A DNA stretch of 64,000 nt from Eledone cirrhosa. Taxonomy: Eukaryota. Numbering within the stretch: the stretch's first letter is position 1; every line of letters begins with the position of its first letter. Both the position numbers and the translations under genes were made by a program. The notes under the pieces are model-generated. The model did no database searches. It saw only the letters and a list, made by a program, of their open reading frames with translations, and was not told where the DNA came from. The DNA lies in assembly GCA_964016885.1 (NCBI GenBank), contig OZ024740.1, forward strand, positions 339,450,001-339,514,000, read 5' to 3'. Below are positions 55,374 to 64,000 of this stretch, piece by piece.

Positions 55374-55990
55374 CAGCAACAGCAATAGTACTACTACTAA
55401 TAGTAGCAGCATCATCAGTACTACTAACTGTAGTAGCAGTAGTAGTAGTCGTAGAATCTTATACCTCCATCTCTACATAGTCCACCAATAGTGCATAGTG
55501 GTTGTAGTGGCAGTAGTAGTAGTAGCAGCAGCAGCAATAGTACTACTACTAATAGTAACAGCAGCAATGTTACTACTTTTAGTAGCAGCATCAGTAGTGG
55601 TAGTAGTAGTAGTACAATTTTTACTTTATTAACTGACCAATCCTTCCTAACGGCTACCAGAAAGTGTGGACCTCCAAACAGATGCCACTCATTAAGAAAG
55701 TTAATATGGAATATATGGGTTAGCATCTAAGGTTTGATTTCAGTGATTTAGGAATATTCCTTAACACAGCAGCAAAGACATTCAGTCAATTAAAGTCCAT
55801 TAGCAACTCGGCTTCCTATTAACCACATTACTATGAACAACAAAGCACAATGAACATATGTGATAAAGTTAATGTTCTGATACAGCCAAAATTTCTGGCG
55901 CCACCATGTTATGTTATAAATCATTCAGTTTCATAGTTAATAAACATTATCTTAGCAACACACTAAAACTTTTCTGAAGTCGGAAACAGC
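54603..55990 (-). mobile_element. Ty3/Gypsy LTR retrotransposon remnant
   Basis: LTR end taacataaca|tggtggcg PBS at 55907/55906; RT VKYVGHL..GVK..KI; RNase H PTE*NQSQI.K..FGTENFHKYVY..VEIYHK. Confidence 0.75.
55300..55615. repeat. (AGT)n/(AGC)n microsatellite, duplicated block
   Basis: Two blocks each preceded by ccaccaatagtgcatagt. Confidence 0.9.
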
Positions 55991-56882
55991 AAGTACATTT
56001 TATTTACATGCTTGCATCATCACCCCCCCCCCCCCCTCCCATCATCAGCATCTTTCTACATCTATTTTCCAATGCTTACAAGTCTTCCCTGGTCTTCCGC
56101 TACTACAGCTTACTTTCACTGGAGATCTCTTGGTACTTCTTCACCCAACAATCATCATTCATACATCTCTCTTCTCATGCACACTGCATCTGATTCCCAG
56201 TGCATGTGTGTGTGTAGTGCTGGAACCACAAAATACACCCAGTCAATTCTTTAAAGTGGTTGTAATGGTCTCATGAAAGATTCATCCAGTACATCCTGTA
56301 AGAGGGTTGGCATAAAGAAAAGCATTCAGCTGTAGAAACCATGCCAAATATGGAACATATAAGCAAGACTGGTCTTTCTGAGCTGACTAATCTCAAACTG
56401 TGACAATTCTTCCAGACTATCCCAGCATAGAAAAAAGATGTGAAATGGTGATGATGATAATATGAAATGGCTGACTAAATACTCCCATGCTTTCCTCCTG
56501 TAGAAATTTTTTTTTCTCCATTCCTTTCTTTCGTTACTTTCATCTACCTTTCTATTTCTCCTTCTATCTCTCATTCTATCTTCCAAACAAAGACTAACAT
56601 CTAAAATGTTAAGACTCTTTTCCTTCAAACATTAAGCTAATATATATCATCACTGTACTGTCTTGTTCTCTCATGTTGTTTTCCCTTGTTGTATATATAT
56701 ATATGAAAAGAGTTTCTATTACCCACTCAACTAGCCTAAGCATCGAGTACTCTGGTGCGTTATGGTCCATCTGGTTTCTTACCACACTTTCTTTGTTATA
56801 TATATATATATAAGTTTATCCTGGGTTCAATCGGGAGTAGCAACAGTAAGTAAGGTACTCAATACAAAGCAGAGTATAAATG

Positions 56883-57004
56883 TTTAATATAGAAAGGCTT
56901 CTACAGGACTAGAACTGTTTCATTTGGGAGAAATCATCAGGACTTCCTGATGATTTCACCCGAATGAAACAGTTCTAGCCCTGTGGAAGCCTTTCTATGT
57001 TAAA
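56883..57004. repeat. ~120-bp palindrome with hammerhead core motifs (Penelope-like terminal repeat)
   Basis: 60-bp arms, 2-nt spacer; each arm reads outward CTGATGA-tttc.ccc.aat-GAAAC. Confidence 0.7.
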
Positions 57005-57025
57005 TATATATATTATATATATTAT

Positions 57026-57357
57026 ATCATCATCATCATTTTACGTCCGCTTTTCCCTGCTTGCAAGGGTGGGAGAGGATCTGATTCTGGCTTGATTTCT
57101 ACAGCCCTTCCTAACACCAACCTCATTTACAGTGAGTGCTGGGTGCTTTTTTTGCCGTGGCACCTCCACGACCAATTTGCAGTTGAATGATATGGACCCC
57201 AGTCCCTATCATCTCATTTCGACAGCTGAGTAAACTGGAGCGATGTGAAATAAAGTGTCTTGCTCAAGGAAACAACACATCACCCGGTCTGAGAATTGAA
57301 CTCACAACCTTTCAATTACAAGACCAATGCTCTAACCACTAAGCCATGTGCCTCCAT
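57026..57357 (-). mobile_element. Full-length tRNA/CORE-V/RTE-tail SINE
   Basis: Reverse complement of 57672-58010. Confidence 0.9.
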
Positions 57358-57374
57358 TATATATATATTATGTA

Positions 57375-57562
57375 TGGTGGATTGGCTGTATTGGTAGAGG
57401 GTCGGACACCATGCTTTGATGCATAGAGTTACGGCTCTTGCCATTCTGAGTTCAAATCCCGCCGAGGTTAACTTTGCCTTTCATCCTTACGGGGTCGATA
57501 AAATAAAGTACCAGTAATGCACTGGGTAATTGCTGGCATTGTGCCAAAAGTAGAAAGAATTA
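57375..57562 (+). mobile_element. Meta-type SINE, young
   Basis: Family match. Confidence 0.88.
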
Positions 57563-57671
57563 TCTATAAAAGTTAATTTTTTTAATTTATTTTGAAACTT
57601 TTTCATTATTTGCTAAACCTTGATTATATTATATATATATATATATTATATATATTATATATATTATATAT

Positions 57672-58010
57672 ATGGAGGCACATGGATTAGTGGTTAGTGC
57701 ATTGGCCTTGCAATCAAAAGGTTGTGAGTTCAATTCTCAGACCGGGTGATGTGTTGTTTCCTTGAGCAAGACACTTTATTTCACATTGCTCCAGTTTACT
57801 CAGCTGTAGAAATGAGATGATAGGGACTGGGGTCCCTATCATTCCACTGCAAAGTGGTCGTGGAGGTGCCACGGTAAAAAAGCACCCAGCACTCACTGTA
57901 AAGAGGTTGGTGTTAGGAAGGGCATCCAGCTGTAGAAATCAAGCCAGAATCTGTTCCCGTCCCACCCTTGCAAACAGGGAAAAGTGGACGTAAAATGATG
58001 ATGATGATGA
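57672..58010 (+). mobile_element. Full-length tRNA/CORE-V/RTE-tail SINE
   Basis: ggaggcacatggattagtggttag A box, gagttcaattct B box, ccttgagcaagacactt core, tail ggttggtgttaggaagggcatccagctgtagaaa..ggacgtaaaatgatgatg shared with the RTE 3' UTR. Confidence 0.9.
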
Positions 58011-58104
58011 TATTATATATATTATATATATTATATATATATATATTATATATATATATATTATATATATATATTATATATATATTATATATATATATTA
58101 TATA

Positions 58105-58167
58105 TATAAAACCAACTTATTTTATCCAGTCTATCTTATATCCTCACAAACTGAGATTTTGGTTAAA

Positions 58168-58205
<38 letters not shown>

Positions 58206-58375
58206 TTTAACCAAAATGTGGGGATATAAAATAGACTGGTTAAAATAAGTTGATTTTACTTATACAGTTCCCTGACCAAGGTTTCTGGAACTCAACAAAA
58301 CAACATTAATCATTCCAGGACATTGAAATAACCAATATTGAAAGAATCACAGTTCCTTCATCTGGAGGAGAATTC
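58105..58375 (-). mobile_element. Penelope-like terminal repeat remnant with a degenerate type I hammerhead and an inverted copy
   Basis: Minus strand CAGATGA-aggaact..agttcca-GAAACCTTGGTC-agggaa; 58105-58172 is inverted against 58201-58260 around (TA)n. Confidence 0.6.
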
Positions 58376-58702
58376 TTACTTCGGTATAATGAGTTAATTT
58401 GAATACATAGCATACATATCATTCTGTTGTCGAACTGCATGGTGAACAACATGCTGCTTTGCTGAATTACTATATGAATATATCTCACTTAATGTAGTAG
58501 AACAATACAACATTTGACGCTGGAAATAGAATCCAAAATTATATCTCCCCCAAATTGACATTTTGGCTTCAGTTTAATATATTTTATTACTTCCCTGAGT
58601 AGATAATTAATTAATATATTTTATCCATTCATTGAGATGTCTATGTATTAGAGACAGTTAACTTTATAAATTACATCTGTATTTATGTATATGCATATAT
58701 AT

Positions 58703-58850
58703 ATATTGTTATACTTTGGGAGGGTCATGTTGCCAATAAGAAACACACGCACCAATTGCTTTCCCTTCAATTTATTATAATAAATTGAAGTGAAAGCAAC
58801 TGGTGCGTGTTTCTTATTGGCAACATGACCCTCCCAAAGTATAACAATAT
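58703..58850. repeat. 148-bp near-perfect spacerless palindrome
   Basis: Centre 58777/58778; two mismatches and one CA indel. Confidence 0.95.
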
Positions 58851-58903
58851 CGGTTTCAACACACGATTTCAGATAAAGAATCTTGCTAAACAAATTCAGA
58901 AAC

Positions 58904-58953
<50 letters not shown>

Positions 58954-59475
58954 TATAAAATTGCTCTTCAGTGCTACTAGCAACATGTAACCCAGTACAA
59001 TATGTGCATGGTCGGGTCATCGACGACTAAACCATCAATCTCACAAAATCCTCCTCCTCACCAAGCTTGCATGGTGAGGAGGAGGATTTTGTGGGATGAA
59101 AAAGAAGACTTGTCAAAGGGTGCAGGAACTCAAGAGAGTCAAGAGCCACCCAATAAAGATTTTTTATTTTATTTTGTTTTTTTTTGCAGAGCGAGAAACT
59201 CCTAGTCTTCATTAAGACAAGACATCTTTCTAGGAGAAGGTCACTCTGATATAAAATTTGCAACTAAATTTACATCTCCTTTTGGGTAATTTTGTTTGCA
59301 TTTGATGTTCAGAGAGTAGTATTAGCCCTGTGCAAAGCCTTTCCTCACTTAAAAAAGCTTCAAGCACAGGCATTGCTTGATATGTGGCATTTTTTGCAAT
59401 GCATGACATGGCTGGCAAACTCCGACCAGGACTAAAAAACCACGTCCGTGATGCTCATGCATTACTTGAGTTGCA

Positions 59476-59522
<47 letters not shown>

Positions 59523-60400
59523 CATGGCCATTTAAACAGACAATAACTCTAGTTTAGCTTTCGAATGTTCACATGCCAAATGAATGGAGTGTTATTGAAT
59601 GGATCTAAACATTAACAGAAGACACGAAATCACCATTTATATCGTACAGCATAGAGGAATGGTAAAGAGGAGGAGGCAGGTTTGCATATCTTGATCCACA
59701 TAAAGATATAAAGAGAGAGAAATCAATGTATTATCATCTATAAAAATACAGAGTAGAATATTGATGATATTTTTAGGATTAAAGAAATAATATAGTGTGG
59801 TACTGCTCCAATGGATTTCTACCTTAATGGTCTCTTATTTATTGGATCTATATGTGTGTGTGAGATTTGTGTGATATGTATGTATGTGTGTATGATTTGT
59901 GATAATGGTTTGTGACTCTCTCTGTTGGTTGTGTGCATGTGTCTATAATGTGTTGCAGTGAGTGTCATCATCATCATATCATCATAATCATTTAACATCC
60001 ACTTTCCCTGCTCGCAAGGATTAGATGGGTCTACACAGAACAAGTCATTACTGAAGTGGGGCTACTGATCTCACAGACAGCCTGGGGCTCTGCATCTTGC
60101 ACAAAACAGGCTGTCATGCCTTTGACACAATCAAATGGTCCTCACAACACTTTGTAAGGACCCTTCAGTTGTGTCGGCAACATGTCAACCTCTCTTGAGT
60201 ACTTGGTAGTATATGTGTGTGTACATGTATATTTCTTCTATGTACTAAGCCATTTGTTTTGTTATTTTTGTTATTTCTGTTTACCTTTTACCCCCCCCCC
60301 CACACACACACATATATATATCCATATGTTATTGACAGCCAAGAGAAAAGCAAACAAAACTCCACGGTAACAAGACTGACTATTTAGCTTTAATAAAATG

Positions 60401-60451
<51 letters not shown>

Positions 60452-60454
<3 letters not shown>

Positions 60455-60700
60455 TAACAAGTTGCTCTTTGGTGCTACTAGTAACATCTAACCCAGTACA
60501 ATCTGTGCATGGTTGGGTCATCGGCGACTAAACCAAAGATGTGGGTTTGACTCCCATGTACGTCAATACTCATCTTTTTCCATTTATCTGAGGGTTCTAA
60601 ACCCCATTATCAGGCTAAAATTTCTTTAGTCAAAAATACGGTGAAAGCTATTCTATTTTCTAATTTCAAAACCTACTCACTGTTTCAAAACATACTTATA
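60452..60700 (+). mobile_element. Unclassified (TA)n-associated repeat with an internal tRNA-like segment
   Basis: First ~85 bp also occur at 58951-59034; contains B-box-like gggtttgactcc. Confidence 0.5.
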
Positions 60701-60804
60701 TATATATATGTTGTGAGTAGAGGATAATGGAATTAATACAAAAGCAGTGGAATTATTTCTTTAATATTTCCTTTATTCATCTTTTACATCCATTTTTCTG
60801 TTTT

Positions 60805-61616
60805 TCTAAAAATGAAAGGCAGGTTGTATGATGCCTGCATACGAACAGCAATGTTGCATGGCAGTGAGACCAGGGCATTGTTTGCAGAGGATATACGCAG
60901 ACTAGAGAGGAATGAAGCTTGCATGCTCCACTGGAACGGCAAAGCATAAACGAACTAAGGAAAAAATTAGAAATAAGAGGGATCAGATGTTGTTTACTCG
61001 AGAGAAGGCTACGTTGGTATGGTCACGTGATGCGCATGAAAGACGACAGCTGTATAACAAAGTGCAGGGCAATAAAGATAGATGGTAGCCACGGAGTAGG
61101 CAGACCCAGAAAAACCTGGGACATGCTGATAAATTCCGACCTCACACACTTACACCTCTCCAAGACAATGTCACTGGACCGAGACCTTTGGCGGTACTCA
61201 GTAATAGAGAAGACCCGCCTTACCTAAATACAAAGTAAAACCTACTACAGTCAGTAGGCATCTCTAACAAAATACACCCCCGTCCCATCACCCCCACCCC
61301 ATCCACACTGCCCCTTTCAATGTAAAGTTATGTTGGTGCCACAACATCCAGGCCGAAACAAATGAGGTCGTGTAGGTGTCACGACAAAAAACACACAGTC
61401 CACTCTGTAATGTGGCCGTGTAGGCAACACGGTAAAAACCTCCCAGCCCCACACTGTAAATGTGGTTGGTGTTAGGAAGGGCATCCAGCTGTAGAAAACC
61501 TGCCGGACAGTCCTATGCGAGCAAGACAACCACTCTTACCTCAAGTGGGAAAACTCCCGTCCAAACCCATGCAAGCGTGGAACACGGACGTTAAACGATG
61601 ATGATGATGATGATGA
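60805..61616 (+). mobile_element. RTE LINE 3' fragment, close relative of 5165-6000
   Basis: Near-identical ORF end (..IEKTRLT*) and 3' UTR; small deletion near 60933. Confidence 0.95.
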
Positions 61617-61739
61617 CACACATGCATATAGTTGATTCTCCACAAGTCTTAACTAAGTATTCAATTGTTCAACCAAATGAATACATATTCATGAAATTAG
61701 GATGTAAGCAGTTGAGTATTCTGCAGACATGTGTACTTT

Positions 61740-61950
61740 TAATGATGAGCTTGTTAACATTCTTCTTCTTTTGGGGATGTTAAGCCATGGACACTCTCAT
61801 ATTGGGCATCCTCAGGTGACTTATATCGACCAGCTGACTAAAGATGTTGGTTTGACAGTCGAAGACCTGAAAACAATGATAGAAGACAGGGACATCTGGA
61901 GAGGGAGAGGGGAGTTAGCCCAGGCAATTTGCCCATTACGATGATGATGA
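61740..61950 (+). mobile_element. RTE (second family type) 3' fragment
   Basis: DELVNILLL..SHGHSHIGHPQVTYIDQL..DRDIWR; (TGA)n tail. Confidence 0.75.
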
Positions 61951-63087
61951 ATGTAATTCTGAAATTAAACCAGCAGGATACAATATGACTAGGTTGGACC
62001 TTTTAATTACAAGTACAATAAAGTAAAGAGAGAGAGAGATGAGAGAAAAAGTACAATTGATGTCAGTACTGTACTGGTACTCTATTTAATCAATCCTGGC
62101 AGAATGAAAGGCTAAGTTGATTTCAGAGCACAGAAAGTCAAAATAAATACTGCAATACATTCCATCCAATGCACTAATAATTCTGCTAACTCATCTTCAA
62201 ATACTCAATACTAAAAGTAGAGTATGAGTATACAATATAAATAATGGGTTCTTTTAACAGAATTCATTCTGCTGCAAGCATTCAGACCAGGCCACTAGTT
62301 TAAGGATACATTTCTCTTTCCTAGCCACCAGGCTAAGAGATACTTGAAAGATTCTTTTAAGGTTGATAAACAAAATACTAGTCAAGATACAGTGGATTAA
62401 CAGTCTTGTTAAAGAATCAGATGGGATACCTAGCCATATCTATTCCAGCTCTGTGCATTCTGAGTTTGAATCCTACTTGCTGTTACCAGAAAAGCTACTG
62501 ACAAAAGTTTCAATTGGCAGATAGCATCAGTAATGTAAAGACCATTGGAAACAAAGTATCCTTTGTCTGATCTGATGATCACCTAAAGAGAAGAAGGATA
62601 TATCTTTAGTTTCTACAGGAGTTAACATTTTAATAGATTTTTCAGTGGCAGGGGTGAGAGAAATGTCTCAAGAATGTTATGTTAAGGAATTACCATAACA
62701 GATAATTATGTAGTCAACTCTTCCCCTTAACTAAACAATAAGTATGTGTGTGTGTGTGTAATTTTAACAGACAGTAGATAATAAACTGTGTAAACGACCT
62801 TTACAGGCTCTCAAACTAATGATATTGATACAATTGATATCCTATTTAATCATCAGTATTTTTAAGTCTGCAGGTCGAGCATGGATAAGGGGATTGATTT
62901 GCTTATTTATCTATTTATTTTTTAAATGCCATCTGTAATATTAGTGCATACGGTATTCTATGAGTAATACTTTGATCCCACTGGCCCAGTATTCCAGTCA
63001 CAATAATTTTTGAAAATATTAGGGTTGTATATGAAGGCATATATAATATATTTACAAAGTTTTAAACTGTGATCATTATATGTAAAA

Positions 63088-63275
63088 ACACCAAACGTGT
63101 TTCTGGATTTTTATCCATCACCAGTGACGTTCATTTACTTGGTATTGAGACAAGGACGCAAATGAGCATCTTCAACAGATGTTTCATATGCCAAAAAGTA
63201 TATAAGCTATAGCTTATTTTTGTCTTAATATTTTTGTCTGATGATGGATAAAAATCTAGAGACACAGGTTTAATA
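63088..63275. mobile_element. Divergent pair of hammerhead-like motifs (Penelope-like remnant)
   Basis: Minus CTGGTGA-tggat-aaaa-atcca-GAAACacgt (63124 to 63095); plus CTGATGA-tggat-aaaa-atcta-GAGAC (63238-63263). Confidence 0.6.
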
Positions 63276-64000
63276 TTCGCACAGCTGCTGAGGTATTTGT
63301 GACATGATCACAGCTGAAAACGATATATTTATTATACATGCCATCATATTGGCATGTGCTACTGCTAATTAATACAATGCCTTGCCAGCCCAGTATTTCA
63401 TTGTCACACACTTTTGCTTACTACTGTTAATATTGTATGAATGAGCAATTGTTTTACATCATTACTTTAGTATGAATTCTTCAGTATAGCATTGCCGTGA
63501 TTTTTGTTAAGTTCATGTATGTTATCTTCCTCTTCAGGTTTAATAGGCAAATATTCTTTCAGTGATTTACTAGCTGCATAGATATTGTGGTTGCCAAAGC
63601 CAGTGCTTCTATTCTTAGGGTGCAGGCATCAGAGAGTAGCATTGTTGAACCTTAAAGAATCATAGTTTTATACAAATTTATATAATTAACTTAAATATGT
63701 AATAATTTTCTGTGGTCAATAAATAAATCACTAAACATTTTTACCACTTAGCAGCATTGAGGAAATATCTAAAGAAGTGGAGAGGGTCATATGGTGTTAT
63801 AACCTGTCACATGATTTGTTAGGTGTGAGTGCAAACTATGTAGAGGAAAAGGCAGGTTTAGAAATGTTCTTTGTGTGGTTAAAGCAAATGTTTCAAAAAC
63901 TATGTTAGCTCGCCAAACTGTAAGTTGAAATTATTTTATTTGAGAGAAGGAGCATATATTGTTAAGCTAACCTTGGGTGCTAAACATCCAGGTGCCAGCT

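Noticed and set aside
55221-55730. Poly-Ser and poly-Leu ORFs
   Set aside because: They come from the (AGT)n microsatellite inside a Gypsy remnant.
57672-57745. Possible tRNA gene
   Set aside because: The tRNA-like head continues into a SINE core and LINE tail and is multi-copy.
59100-59480. Coding-like minus-strand segment, possibly a DNA transposon remnant
   Set aside because: It is frameshifted and I could not identify a diagnostic motif with confidence.

Overview
AT-rich, CpG-depleted, microsatellite-dense animal DNA. The repeat content ((TA)n/(CA)n/(GA)n tracts, tRNA-derived Meta-type and CORE/V-type SINEs, RTE LINEs with (GAT)n tails) fits an octopus or other coleoid cephalopod; this is an inference. 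No complete host gene is visible, and almost all listed ORFs are microsatellite artefacts or transposon fragments. Supported content: a young RTE LINE family (4241-6000, 60805-61616 and many fragments) whose RT carries an inserted PHD-type C4HC3 finger; a second RTE family with a twin-priming-like 5' inversion; two mariner derivatives; mariner, hAT and piggyBac MITEs; a decayed hAT transposase; HERO-like, CR1-like and Gypsy remnants; a non-autonomous Helitron; and many SINEs. Most interesting: the PHD-in-RT RTE and its (TA)n targeting; the inverted RTE; five inverted repeats in 56.9-59.1 kb, some with hammerhead-ribozyme core motifs typical of Penelope-like elements; a mariner whose ~100-bp TIR includes transposase coding sequence; a phased TACTAAC array; a CpG-rich promoter-like patch at 3.1-4.1 kb; and a speculative series of minus-strand terminal exons. 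All family calls rest on motif recognition by eye, not database searches.
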